Origin: Nitrosopumilus sp.
GTDB taxonomy: Archaea > Thermoproteota > Nitrososphaeria > Nitrososphaerales > Nitrosopumilaceae
Direction of reading: 5' to 3'
Assembly (NCBI GenBank): GCA_965218785.1
Contig: OZ244650.1
Span: 1,344,001-1,408,000, forward strand
DNA length: 64,000 bases
Shown here: positions 11,206 through 21,648 of the stretch, one piece after another
How positions within the stretch are numbered: the first letter of the stretch is position 1
How the letters are laid out: each line of letters opens with the position of its first letter
Translations under genes and position numbers: made by a program
Notes under the pieces: generated by a model
Told to the model about the DNA's origin: nothing
What the model saw: the letters and a program-made list of their open reading frames with translations, nothing else
The model's database searches: none

Positions 11206-12315
11206 CTACACTCCCCTTTTTTTGATGATCGTCAGCACGTCTTCATCTTGCAGGATATGCGCCAGTCCCACTCGTTGTCCCCCAAATTTTACGCTTTTAC
11301 CCCACACCAAACCATATCTGAACTCCCGCTTCATCCTCCGGTGTAACTTGTTGCAGATATCCTCAACTGTATCGCCCTCCCTTGCAATCAGTGGTTCCTT
11401 GAAATCCGTCTCGCCGCCTTTGGGTCTCATGTAGATTCTGATGAATTTCAACATCGCATAGATCTTCTCTTTTAGCAGTTCGACGTTGATATCCGAATTT
11501 GCAGATACCTCGATCACGTCTGTTTTTATCTTTGTCTTCAAATCCTTTAGAAACTCCTTGTCAACTAGATCAATTTTATTTAGGATTGTAAGTGATTTTG
11601 AATGGCTGATGTTTCCTGCAATGTGATCTGAGAGCTGTTCTGATGTGATATTCTCCCTTATGACGACACGCGCACTGACAATTCCATAAAGATGCAGGAT
11701 ATCCTTGAGATGTTTTTCTGTAATCTTTGTCATCTTAACCTGCTGCGCAATTGCGATTCCCCCCATTCCGGCTTTTTCAATTGTAATGTTTGGCGGCAGC
11801 TGGTTTAGCCGGATTCCGATGTTTCCCAGTTCGTTTACCAGTACGTCCTCGTGGTACGGCTGGAACACATCTAGCATCAGCAATACAAGATCCGCGGTTC
11901 TTGCAACGGAGAGTATCCTTTTTCCCAGCCCTTTTCCGGTGGATGCCCCCTTTATGATTCCAGGAAGATCCAGCATCTGGATTTTTGCACCCCGGTACTC
12001 CATCATCCCGGGAACAACAGTTAACGTTGTAAATTGAAACGCCCCGACGGTGGATTTTGCCTCTGTCATTTTGTTTAGCAGCGTGGATTTTCCGACACTT
12101 GGAAGCCCGATAAACACGACGGTGGCATCCCCTGTCCTTCGGACATCAAACCCGTCTGATTTCATGCCGGATTTTTTGGTAATGTTGTCTTCCTGCTCCC
12201 TTTTTAGCTTTGCAATCTTTGCCTTTAGCAGTCCGATGTGGTGCTCTGTTGCCTTGTTGATCTGAGTCTTTGCCATCTCATCCTGGATGGCTTTGATTTT
12301 TTCAGGAATTCCCAC
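11206..12315 (-). CDS. DRG/OBG-family GTPase with TGS domain
   Basis: GLPSVGKS, FTTL, DLPG, NKID, C-terminal TGS (WGKSVKFGGQRVG). Confidence 0.95.
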   Translation of the reverse strand: MGIPEKIKAIQDEMAKTQINKATEHHIGLLKAKIAKLKREQEDNITKKSGMKSDGFDVRRTGDATVVFIGLPSVGKSTLLNKMTEAKSTVGAFQFTTLTVVPGMMEYRGAKIQMLDLPGIIKGASTGKGLGKRILSVARTADLVLLMLDVFQPYHEDVLVNELGNIGIRLNQLPPNITIEKAGMGGIAIAQQVKMTKITEKHLKDILHLYGIVSARVVIRENITSEQLSDHIAGNISHSKSLTILNKIDLVDKEFLKDLKTKIKTDVIEVSANSDINVELLKEKIYAMLKFIRIYMRPKGGETDFKEPLIAREGDTVEDICNKLHRRMKREFRYGLVWGKSVKFGGQRVGLAHILQDEDVLTIIKKRGV

Positions 12316-12405
12316 TTTGATTCATCTACAAGAAAATTCTTTTCAAATAAAACCGTATTACTTTGCCTGCGGAGCAAATATTATTCGGTCTGTAAATCAG
12401 TCTGT

Positions 12406-13101
12406 ATGAAAAAGCGAACATTTGCCGTGGATATTGACGGTACGATTACGGAAAATGGCGGCGGTCAGATACACTTGGACGCACTTGATGCGTTAAGGCG
12501 GCTAGTCAACATGGGACACAACGTCATCTTCGTTACAGGCCGTTCGTCAGTCGAGGGATATCTGCTGGCAGTATTTGCCGGAACCACAAAGATCTCAGTG
12601 GGTGAAAACGGCGGGTGTATAACCATGGATTCCAACAAGCACATCCTGATTGGCGATATCCAGGTGTGCAAAGACGCATTTGAGATAATCCGTGGCAGTA
12701 TCGATGACGTACGAGAAAAGCCAGTTTTTCCCAGGATGACTGAGGTAGTCCTGGATCGAACATTTGATTTAAGCGCTGCCAGGGAACTGATTGCCAGAAA
12801 CAACATGGGGGTGACCCTGTCTGACAGCCAGTACGCATACCATCTCAATTCCCGCGGAGTCGACAAGGGATCCGGGTTTGGTGAAATCATGAAAAAGTAT
12901 TCCATCTCCAAAGACGACGTGATTGCCATAGGTGATAGCGCGACTGATATCCCGTTGTTCCGGGTGGCAAAGACAAGCGTTGCATTAGGAAACGCATCTG
13001 ATCAGGTGAGATCCGCTGCAACCATGACAGTCTCTGCTAGTGCCGGTGATGGCGTTTTAGAGGCATTAGATAAATTAGCGCCCAAGTTATCGGAGATGTA
13101 A
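12406..13101 (+). CDS. HAD-superfamily phosphoglycolate phosphatase (SPP-like)
   Basis: DIDGTIT, VTGR, ENGG, IGDSATD; start ATG 12406. Confidence 0.88.
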   Translation: MKKRTFAVDIDGTITENGGGQIHLDALDALRRLVNMGHNVIFVTGRSSVEGYLLAVFAGTTKISVGENGGCITMDSNKHILIGDIQVCKDAFEIIRGSIDDVREKPVFPRMTEVVLDRTFDLSAARELIARNNMGVTLSDSQYAYHLNSRGVDKGSGFGEIMKKYSISKDDVIAIGDSATDIPLFRVAKTSVALGNASDQVRSAATMTVSASAGDGVLEALDKLAPKLSEM

Positions 13102-15011
13102 TGGCATTCAAGTCGATCATCGAGGAAATTGAGAATAACCTCGCGTTGATTCTCGAGGAGTTATCCATATCGGGTATCAGGTTCCTAGTCGAACCAGCAA
13201 AACCTGGATTCGGCGATGTCAGCTCAAACATTGCGTTTCTGCTTGCAAGGGAACTCGGGAAGAGCCCCCCGGAGATTGCGCAGATGCTCTCTGAGAGGTA
13301 TCAGAGTTATTCCGGTACGCTTGTTATGACATCAGAGGCTCATCCCTCTGGAAACCTTAATTTTTTTGCCAACTGGGAAAAACTAAGCCAGTTGATCCTC
13401 TCTGAATCACACCTTCCTGAATTCGGGGATGTGGATGTTGGAAACAACACTGAAATCGTAGTAGAGCATACCAGTGTTAATCCGAACAAGGCCCTGCACA
13501 TAGGCCACATTAGAAACATCGTCGTAGGGGATACCGTTTCGAGAATTCTCAAAAAGGCAAACTATAACGTCAGTGTTTTAAACTATGTCGATGATTCCGG
13601 TCTTCAGGTGGCAGATATCATAGTCGGCTTTAAACATCTGGGATTTGATCTGACGCCACCTGACGGGAAAAAGTTTGATCATTACTGCGGTGATGACGTG
13701 TATGTAAAGACCACCCAGAAATACGAGTCAGATCCCAGTCTGGAAAAAATAAGGAAAAACGTTCTCAAGGAACTTGAAGACGGTAATTCTGAAACTGCAA
13801 AATTTGCAGATATTGTGACTAAAAAAGTGCTGATGAACCAGTTAGAGACGTGCTGGAACCTGTCCGTATATTATGACTGTCTAAATTTTGAATCACACAT
13901 AATCCGTTCTGGGTTGTGGAGTAAGATATTTGAAAAGATCAAGGAGATGAACCTGATCGAGTTTGAGGATGAGGGGAAGAATGCAGGATGCTGGGTGATT
14001 CGCGGCGATGGTAAGGGTGAGGAAGACAAGGTAATAGTTCGAAGTAACGGGACTGCCACGTATATTGCAAAGGATATTCCGTATGCCGCATGGAAACTTG
14101 GGCTGATTGAGGAGGATCCGTTCCATTATAAGAAATATGAAAAAAAGCAGCCAGGCTCAAGGGTTTTGTGGCAGACCACTCTGGAAGATTCCCCAGATAA
14201 ACCCGCACAGAGTTTTTTCGGTGATAAGGTAATCACCGTAATTGATTCCAGGCAGGCCCGCCTGCAGAAAATCATCACGTCCTTGATGGCAAAATTCAAG
14301 TCTGATCCTGACGCATACGTCCATCTCAGTTATGAATCAGTCACCCTCAGTCCGGAAACTGCCAAAATACTGGGATTTGAGACGGGTGCAAAACAGGCCC
14401 AGATGTCTGGAAGAAAGGGATTCTATGTCAGTGCTGATTCCGTTTATGATTTGTTGTACAAGCGGACCACAGATGAGACCAAAAAGAGGCATCCCCAAAT
14501 GGATTCATCAGAGATCGCAGGAATCGCCCATGACGTATCAGTTGGAACCCTGCGATATGAGATGATAAAACAGGATCTAGACAAGATCATCGCATTTGAC
14601 CTGGCAAGGTCGCTGAGTCTGGATGGAGATACTGCCCCCTACATACAGTATGCTTATGCGCGAGCCGCACGAATCTTGGAAAAATCCGGACGTTCTACTG
14701 CTAGCACGTCCTCTTTTATCGACGTTGATTTTTCCCTGCTTGTAGAAAAATCAGAGCTGGATTTGATCAGGACGATAGGCCTGTTTGAGATTCATGTATG
14801 GGATGCTGCCAGGAACATCTCCCCCAAAGTGATTGCCAGATACTGTCACGAGCTGGCAGTTGCCTTTAACTCGTTTTATGAAAATGTTCACGTTTTGGAT
14901 CTTGGGGATACGGCATTGGAGGGCGCTCGTTTGTGCGTTGTAAATTCATTTAAAATCACACTTGAAAAGTCGCTGGACCTGCTGGGGATTGTCGCACCAG
15001 ATAAAATGTAG
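13101..15011 (+). CDS. argS: Arginine--tRNA ligase
   Basis: EHTSVNPNKALHIGH, QMSGRKG, GDTAPYIQYAYAR, DALR-type C-terminus. Confidence 0.96.
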   Translation: MAFKSIIEEIENNLALILEELSISGIRFLVEPAKPGFGDVSSNIAFLLARELGKSPPEIAQMLSERYQSYSGTLVMTSEAHPSGNLNFFANWEKLSQLILSESHLPEFGDVDVGNNTEIVVEHTSVNPNKALHIGHIRNIVVGDTVSRILKKANYNVSVLNYVDDSGLQVADIIVGFKHLGFDLTPPDGKKFDHYCGDDVYVKTTQKYESDPSLEKIRKNVLKELEDGNSETAKFADIVTKKVLMNQLETCWNLSVYYDCLNFESHIIRSGLWSKIFEKIKEMNLIEFEDEGKNAGCWVIRGDGKGEEDKVIVRSNGTATYIAKDIPYAAWKLGLIEEDPFHYKKYEKKQPGSRVLWQTTLEDSPDKPAQSFFGDKVITVIDSRQARLQKIITSLMAKFKSDPDAYVHLSYESVTLSPETAKILGFETGAKQAQMSGRKGFYVSADSVYDLLYKRTTDETKKRHPQMDSSEIAGIAHDVSVGTLRYEMIKQDLDKIIAFDLARSLSLDGDTAPYIQYAYARAARILEKSGRSTASTSSFIDVDFSLLVEKSELDLIRTIGLFEIHVWDAARNISPKVIARYCHELAVAFNSFYENVHVLDLGDTALEGARLCVVNSFKITLEKSLDLLGIVAPDKM

Positions 15012-15196
15012 ATATTGGTTTTGTAAAATCTGTTTGATGAACATTTGGTTTTTACTGAAATTGGAGTGTAAGTCAGGCACCTAAGTTGATGCGTCCTGGG
15101 GAAAATGTGCGTTATATCAGTTGCATGCGTGCATGCCAAGGTTTTTTCCTTAGTGAATTTGGGTATTTTTTTTCCATATCTGAAATTATTTTCATA

Positions 15197-15892
15197 TTAT
15201 TTTCTTCGTAATACCAGTTCCCACTGCGACCACGTACCAGTCTTTGGTGGAATTCTTTTCATGGTATTCTCATACGGAGGGGTGACGCACTCAAAGTTTT
15301 CACATATCTCATCTAGTTCTTGACGTGAGTAAAAATGGATGTAAAGATCCTTTTTTGGACCCTCCAGATATTGGATGGTCAGTCCACCGTTAGAATTTCT
15401 TTGATGTACATTGTGCTTGAAATGGATCTCAGTAGATACGGAATTTACACGTAAAAACAGCAATCCTTCAGGCTTTAGCATCTTCAATACCTTCTCAAAG
15501 TATTTTTTTACGCGTTCTTGTGTACCGTGCTGAAAAACCTGTATTGATATGATGTAGTCAAATGACTTGCGCGAATTAAAGTCTATAAAATCCACACATC
15601 GCAGTTTGTCTGCAAGTCCCGGTCTTTTCTCTGATAACTGCGTTATTGCGACTTTTGATATGTCTATTCCAAAAACATTCAGTCCCGAATCTGCCATAGG
15701 GATGTAGTTTCTGCCGTTGCCGCATCCAATGTACAGACCAGCCCCTTTTGATATGTCGGGGGTTTTTTCAAGTGTTTCTTTGATTCTGCGGACAAATTCT
15801 ATCTGAGAATCATCACGATATCTGCCATCTTTGTATTCTTTGTTCCATCTTTGAGATGTCACACTGTTTTTTTTCATAGTGTTTGGTTCCAT
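15197..15892 (-). CDS. Class I SAM-dependent methyltransferase
   Basis: YIGCGNGRN motif I, GIDIS, FDYIISIQVF, LKPEG. Confidence 0.88.
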   Translation of the reverse strand: MEPNTMKKNSVTSQRWNKEYKDGRYRDDSQIEFVRRIKETLEKTPDISKGAGLYIGCGNGRNYIPMADSGLNVFGIDISKVAITQLSEKRPGLADKLRCVDFIDFNSRKSFDYIISIQVFQHGTQERVKKYFEKVLKMLKPEGLLFLRVNSVSTEIHFKHNVHQRNSNGGLTIQYLEGPKKDLYIHFYSRQELDEICENFECVTPPYENTMKRIPPKTGTWSQWELVLRRK

Positions 15893-16117
15893 CAGATTTC
15901 ACCTATCTATATTCATAGAATTCTGTACCTAGGAATATTACGGAAAATATCTTGTGAATAAACAGCAAAACCATCTCGTCCTCTGATAAATCGTCTGCCT
16001 TGCGGCGCAACAAGATGGAATTACTTGCTATGTGTATTAGTACACAATACCATAAAAACTCTACTGTAGTATGATTGTATGAGATTACCTACTTCAAAAA
16101 AAATTAGGCGTAAAAAT

Positions 16118-16164
16118 GGTTCTGGTGGATTCTAGTAATCTGATCACCAAAATGCACCAGAACC
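16118..16164. repeat. Inverted repeat / hairpin
   Basis: ggttctggtg (16118-16127) pairs with caccagaacc (16155-16164), extendable to 14 bp with one mismatch. Confidence 0.55.
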
Positions 16165-16390
16165 GCGGGGAATGAAAGATTCGTTACTAAGATGAAGGCC
16201 GAGAACAATTTATCCCTAGCGCCATCGTATGAAACGCTAACCTAGAGGGTAAGTATCTCGGTGACCATAGTACCACCTGCTAATATAAAAAATCTTATTT
16301 GGAATCCGTCTGATCTGGGGGAAGATCTGCTCCGATCCCTGATCTTCCTGCCTGCCAGTCTCTCCGGCATTGAGTCCAGAGGATATCAGA

Positions 16391-16452
16391 TTGCGGGGTA
16401 CTACAATTTGGGTAACCCACTTGCGGATACCCACTTGCGGGGTACTACAATT
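16391..16452. repeat. Nested direct repeats upstream of dndB
   Basis: ttgcggggtactacaatt at 16391 and 16435; acccacttgcgg at 16415 and 16429. Confidence 0.8.
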
Positions 16453-16657
16453 GGGTGGTCTGGATAAAAAATCTTGGATTGTAAAGAGGGCGTTCTGCTG
16501 TTATAGTGCAGTTGAAAGCTATTTTTCTAAATCATTATGATCAAATCTATGTATTTGACAGGTTATTTTGCTCTAAAATACCATTTTTTACTAAAATTTA
16601 CGCCTAAATTAGAACTTGCGTACACTTATTTATAACATGAGTTCAATATCATTATTA

Positions 16658-17737
16658 ATGAAAACAAAAGGACAGCAGTCCATGGATGAAGTCATGACTT
16701 TTGACGTAATCCGTGGCATTCAGGCAAAAAGGGAATATTATATCACCATGTGTTCATTTTCCACCATTAGTAAACACTTTGGGTATAACAATGATCCACG
16801 AATAACACCAGAACAAAAAGCACAGCGTAAGTTAAGAGAAGCAAGAATTCCCAAGATTGCCGGTTACATTTTGTCTAATCCAGATAATTATGTCATTTCC
16901 CCCATTACAGTTTCAATTGGAACCCGGTTACAATTTGATCCTTATCCAGGATTGGGTTCAGACAGCAAGGCGGGAAAACTGTTGGTTCCACTTGATGCAG
17001 TAATTTTAGTTAATGATGGACAGCATCGTTGTGCTGCGATAAAATCAGCGTACGAAGATAATCCAAACATTGGAAGTGAGAGAGTGCCAGTGGTAATGTT
17101 TGAAGACCGAGGACTCAAACGCAGTCAGCAGTTATTTGCGGATCTTAACCAGCATGCAGTAAAGCCTACAAAATCACTTAGTCTGTTGTATGATCATAGG
17201 GATACGTTTGCACGGTTTATAGTAACTTTAGTCAATGATTTAGACATATTTTATGGCAGGACTGAATTGGAACGTACCAACATAGGAAGACGCTCCAGTA
17301 AATTTTTCACATTGAATGGTGTAGCAGAAGCCACACGACATCTTTTAAAACTTAAAACAAAATCACTGGATGATGCAAAACAGAAACTTTCCGCAGAATA
17401 TTGGGATCATGTTTCAAAAAATATTCCTGAATGGAATCTTTTAATGCAAAATAAGATAAAACCAGAAAATTTAAGAAGTGAATATATTCATGCACATACA
17501 AACGTGCTAAGTGCGTTGGGAATGGTAGGTTATGTACTTACAAAAAATTCTGATTGGAAGGAGATACTGAAAGGGTTGCAGAAAATTAACTGGAGAAAAG
17601 ACAATCCAATTTGGGAAGATAAAGTTGTAATGGACGGTAAGATGTTAAAAAACAGACTGGGGATAAAGAGGGCTGCAAATGAGATATTATCATTACTGGG
17701 AGTAGATGCTACCGTAGATGGAGATGCCAGAACATGA
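16658..17737 (+). CDS. dndB: DNA sulfur modification protein DndB (DGQHR domain)
   Basis: GIQAKREYY, KAQRKL, NDGQHR, QQLFADLN, LYDHRD; TATA-like ttatttataa ~25 nt upstream of ATG 16658. Confidence 0.93.
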   Translation: MKTKGQQSMDEVMTFDVIRGIQAKREYYITMCSFSTISKHFGYNNDPRITPEQKAQRKLREARIPKIAGYILSNPDNYVISPITVSIGTRLQFDPYPGLGSDSKAGKLLVPLDAVILVNDGQHRCAAIKSAYEDNPNIGSERVPVVMFEDRGLKRSQQLFADLNQHAVKPTKSLSLLYDHRDTFARFIVTLVNDLDIFYGRTELERTNIGRRSSKFFTLNGVAEATRHLLKLKTKSLDDAKQKLSAEYWDHVSKNIPEWNLLMQNKIKPENLRSEYIHAHTNVLSALGMVGYVLTKNSDWKEILKGLQKINWRKDNPIWEDKVVMDGKMLKNRLGIKRAANEILSLLGVDATVDGDART

Positions 17738-19242
17738 CAGTGGAATCAATCTTCCAATCCCGAACCCTTGATAGCGTTTATGATGAGATAAGGCAGGTAT
17801 ATCTTGGAGACAACAGACCGTGGATTCTAGGATTCAGCGGGGGTAAGGATTCTACATGCATGGTTCAGCTTATCTGGAATGCACTATCCAAACTACCTGC
17901 TGAAAAACTGCACAAAAACATATTCGTAATATCCTCAGACACGCTTGTGGAATCCCCAAAGGTCGTAGAGCAGATAACCAACACGCTGGATATGATGGAA
18001 AAAGCCGCACAAGAATCACATCTTCCAATATCCACCAATCTGATAAGGCCTGTAACAGAGGATACATTCTGGGTCTGTCTTTTAGGCAAGGGCTTTCCTG
18101 CCCCCAGCAACCTGTTTAGATGGTGTACTGAACGCCTGAAGATAAGAAATGCAGATCGGTTCATCCAGGACAAAGTCTCTGAATATGGCGAGGCAATAGT
18201 GGTACTTGGAACAAGAAAAGACGAGAGCGGCTCCAGACACCAACTGATGAACCTGTATGCGATAAAAAACAGCCTGCTTTCACGACACTCAAAATTTGCA
18301 CAGACATACGTCTATACTCCACTACGTGACTTTACGGCAGAAGATGTATGGAATTATCTATTACAGCAGAAAAATCCGTGGGGTGCAAACAATCGGGATC
18401 TTTTGGCATTATACCAGAACGCAAACGCATCAGAATGTCCATTGGTGGTAGACAGCAGTACACCATCATGTGGAAATAGCAGGTTTGGATGTTGGACATG
18501 TACCGTAGTCAGCGAGGATACATCTTTGCGAAACACCATTGAAAACGGGGAGGAATGGATGGAACCGTTGCTTGAACTGCGCGAGGAGCTAAAAGAGACC
18601 CAGGATCCTGCAAAAAGAAAAGTTGTCAGATCCCTCAAGCGCAGAACGGGGCAGATGAAACTTATCGATGATGCACGCAAGAAGAAATTTGATGAAAGAA
18701 TCAGCGAATCCAAAATGGAGCTGAGGAAAAAGGGTGATGACGGCAGTGATGATCCATACTCCAAACTGGTTCCTGGGCCGTACACGTTGGAGTTCTGTCA
18801 GGAATTTCTTGAAAAACTGCTCAAGGCACAGAAAAAAGTCAGGCAAACCGGGCCGGATCCCAACATGATGCTAATTTTGGATGAGGAAATTCACGAGATC
18901 CAGAGAATATGGCGCATGGAGCGGGGTGACTGGAGAAATACAGCATACCAGATATATGAAAAGATACTCGGTGAGAAACTGGTTCTGCCTCAGGAGGATT
19001 TGGGAGGATTTGGCGTTATTGAGCAGGATGTGTTGGAGCAAATTTGTCATGAAAACAACGTTCCCACACTACTGGTTTCAAAACTGCTAAACGCAGAACA
19101 TGAATTGCAGGGAATGACGCAGCATTCCAAAATCTATCCCAAAATAAACAAGATATTGTCCGAGGAATGGAGAGAAGACCTAGATGATATAGTGCGCGAC
19201 CTTGAAGGTCAGAAACACGTGAAGAAGGAGTTTGGTGGCTGA
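17734..19242 (+). CDS. dndC: DNA phosphorothioation sulfurtransferase DndC (PAPS-reductase family)
   Basis: PWILGFSGGKDS, DTLVESP, RWCTERLKI, ECPLVVD, CGNSRFGCWTCT, PGPY; 4-nt overlap with dndB. Confidence 0.96.
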   Translation: MTVESIFQSRTLDSVYDEIRQVYLGDNRPWILGFSGGKDSTCMVQLIWNALSKLPAEKLHKNIFVISSDTLVESPKVVEQITNTLDMMEKAAQESHLPISTNLIRPVTEDTFWVCLLGKGFPAPSNLFRWCTERLKIRNADRFIQDKVSEYGEAIVVLGTRKDESGSRHQLMNLYAIKNSLLSRHSKFAQTYVYTPLRDFTAEDVWNYLLQQKNPWGANNRDLLALYQNANASECPLVVDSSTPSCGNSRFGCWTCTVVSEDTSLRNTIENGEEWMEPLLELREELKETQDPAKRKVVRSLKRRTGQMKLIDDARKKKFDERISESKMELRKKGDDGSDDPYSKLVPGPYTLEFCQEFLEKLLKAQKKVRQTGPDPNMMLILDEEIHEIQRIWRMERGDWRNTAYQIYEKILGEKLVLPQEDLGGFGVIEQDVLEQICHENNVPTLLVSKLLNAEHELQGMTQHSKIYPKINKILSEEWREDLDDIVRDLEGQKHVKKEFGG

Positions 19243-21284
19243 TGATCATAACAAAGGTGATACTGCAGGATTACGGTGTGTACAGGGGCATAAACGAGTT
19301 TGATTTTACCTGTTCTGAAAAAAGACCCATAGTACTAGTTGGAGGCACAAACGGTGCTGGCAAGACAACGCTTTTTGAATCTATAATGCTGGGTCTTTAT
19401 GGAATTGCCACCATGGGAAAGCGCAGCACGAAAAAATCGTATGAGCAGTTTATCGGGCAAAAGATTCATCGATATCTCAAAAGCTCGACATCTGCAGACC
19501 ATGCATCAGTTATAGTACAGTTTAAATTTTTTCACAGTGGACGTGTTACCGAATACCGTGTAGAGCGGTCATGGATGAGGCAGGATGGCGGCATAGACGA
19601 ACAACTAAACATAAAAAAACGCAGTTCGGATCAGGAAAAATTTGATCCGTTAGGTGCCATAGAAAAATCCCACTGGCAGTCCTTTATCGAAGATTTAATT
19701 CCAAGAGGAATAGTAAAACTGTTCTTTTTTGACGGAGAAAAGGTGGTAAAGATTGCAAAAGAAGGTACCGAAGATATCACAATCCGGGAATCATTCAAGT
19801 CGCTTCTTGGAATCGAGGTGGTATCACAACTTTATACGGATCTACAGGTAAATCTGACAAGGAATCTTACCGGTAATGCAAAAACATTACAACAGGATTT
19901 TGAAAGATATAATGCAGAAAAAAACGAGATCATGGAAAGTGTAAAAAGACTCAAGTGGAGACTGGCACAAAAACAGACAGAGATGGATTCGTTGCATATG
20001 GAGATAGACAACATGGAAATCAAGATCTCAAAAATTGGGGGCATGTTTGCCAGCAAACGAGACGAGTCCAAGGGCAAACTTGCCACACAAAAACTAGCAT
20101 ATGAAAACATACAACAGAGACTCATCGAGTCATGCTCAGGCGTACTCCCATTTGCAATCATACCTGCAGAGCTTGAAATACTGCACAAACAAATTCAGAC
20201 AGACGAGTCAATTCAGCAGCAGACTGCAGGCAAAGAATTTTTTAATTCCAGACTCAAAAAGATGAAATCCAAGGTAGAGACACAGGAATTCTGGATTGAT
20301 TCAGGGCTTGATGCAGATGAAATAGACAAGGCAATCTCAGTAGCATCTGCAGTGATAAAAAAAGAGATGGTAAATAATGACTCATCTGACAAACCTGTAT
20401 TTGACCTTTCATCTGAGCAGGCAGGCAGAATCACCGAAATAATACGACAGGCAAATACTGTTGCCTTGCAGAAAATCAGCGCGGATACAAAGAAGATAAT
20501 AGAGGTCGGCGAAGAGGTTACTCTTCTTGAAACATCAATTGCAAACGCCCCTGATGATGATGAGATAGGATCACTGATGTCCAGCATGGGGAATCTGCAC
20601 ACGCAGGAAGGAGCACTACAAGCAGAGATGGATCACATAGAGGAAAAGATAGCAAGCAATATGTCCCTTAGGGGTCATCTTGACTCCAAATTACGTGGCA
20701 TAGTGTCACAGATTTACAAAACTGAAAAATCAGCGCAGCATGTGGAAATGACGCAAAAAATCCAGAAGGTTTTAGAGATATTCATAGACAAACTAAAGAT
20801 AAAAAAGATTCACTTGCTAGAGACGTATCTGCTAGATGCCATCAAGACACTAATGCACAAAAAAGAATTCATCGAGGCGGTTCAAGTCGACCCGGACACG
20901 TTTGAGGTTACACTATTTAGAAAAAACGGCGACCAATTCCCAAAGAATCTTTTATCTGAAGGAGAAAAACAGATGTTTTCAATGGCAGTTCTGTGGGCAC
21001 TGGCAAAGACATCCGGAAGACCACTGCCATTTATGATAGACACGCCGCTTGCAAGACTTGATGAGGCACACCGAACAAATATTGTTGAAAAATTCTTTCC
21101 TACAGCATCACATCAAACTTTGATATTCTCGACTGATACTGAGATAAAAAATTCTGACTATAAGAAACTGGAATCATGTCTTATGCGATCATATGCTATG
21201 GAGTACCTTGACGAGGAGGGTGCCACGCACAAGCATGATGGATATTTTTGGAACAAGGAGGGTAAGCGAATTGTTGCGATTTAA
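19242..21284 (+). CDS. dndD: DNA sulfur modification ATPase DndD (SMC-like)
   Basis: Walker A GTNGAGKT, LFFFDGEK, coiled coil, LSEGEKQ, IDTPLARLD, STDTEI. Confidence 0.95.
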   Translation: MIITKVILQDYGVYRGINEFDFTCSEKRPIVLVGGTNGAGKTTLFESIMLGLYGIATMGKRSTKKSYEQFIGQKIHRYLKSSTSADHASVIVQFKFFHSGRVTEYRVERSWMRQDGGIDEQLNIKKRSSDQEKFDPLGAIEKSHWQSFIEDLIPRGIVKLFFFDGEKVVKIAKEGTEDITIRESFKSLLGIEVVSQLYTDLQVNLTRNLTGNAKTLQQDFERYNAEKNEIMESVKRLKWRLAQKQTEMDSLHMEIDNMEIKISKIGGMFASKRDESKGKLATQKLAYENIQQRLIESCSGVLPFAIIPAELEILHKQIQTDESIQQQTAGKEFFNSRLKKMKSKVETQEFWIDSGLDADEIDKAISVASAVIKKEMVNNDSSDKPVFDLSSEQAGRITEIIRQANTVALQKISADTKKIIEVGEEVTLLETSIANAPDDDEIGSLMSSMGNLHTQEGALQAEMDHIEEKIASNMSLRGHLDSKLRGIVSQIYKTEKSAQHVEMTQKIQKVLEIFIDKLKIKKIHLLETYLLDAIKTLMHKKEFIEAVQVDPDTFEVTLFRKNGDQFPKNLLSEGEKQMFSMAVLWALAKTSGRPLPFMIDTPLARLDEAHRTNIVEKFFPTASHQTLIFSTDTEIKNSDYKKLESCLMRSYAMEYLDEEGATHKHDGYFWNKEGKRIVAI

Positions 21285-21648
21285 CAGGCTCAGGATGAGC
21301 TACCGCTCACAGAATCTGCTGGCACACCTAAAATCCAGAACGGGTATTACGCCAAACGTCATGGGTAGATTTGCAATATGTTTATCCCTCAACGACCCAT
21401 CACCTCCAAATCCTGATGAATTTGATGAAAAGGGTTCTGAGATACATGCGTCCGTATTGTTTGGCGAGTATGAGGATATCTTTATGACACTAATGGTTCA
21501 GAGGTTACGACGGGAGGGGTATGATCCGGAGAAATATCTCAACAAGATGGTACGTGCCCACTTTAACCGTGGAACCATAGCGCTGTTTGCAAGAGTCCAT
21601 GATATCTCTGACTTTGAGAGGGTCATACAACAGGAGAGACAGAATTGA
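21271..21648 (+). CDS. dndE: DNA sulfur modification protein DndE
   Basis: LKSRTGITPNVMGRFAICLSL, LFGEY, RAHFNRG; aggaggg SD upstream of TTG 21271. Confidence 0.92.
   Translation: MLRFNRLRMSYRSQNLLAHLKSRTGITPNVMGRFAICLSLNDPSPPNPDEFDEKGSEIHASVLFGEYEDIFMTLMVQRLRREGYDPEKYLNKMVRAHFNRGTIALFARVHDISDFERVIQQERQN

Noticed and set aside
16391-16452. Possible mini-CRISPR
   Set aside because: Only two 18-bp copies, the 'spacer' is itself repetitive, and there are no cas genes.
16192-16467. ORF 16261..16467 and its in-frame upstream extension interrupted by TAG
   Set aside because: No recognisable motif, and it runs through the direct repeats; it cannot be supported as a gene.
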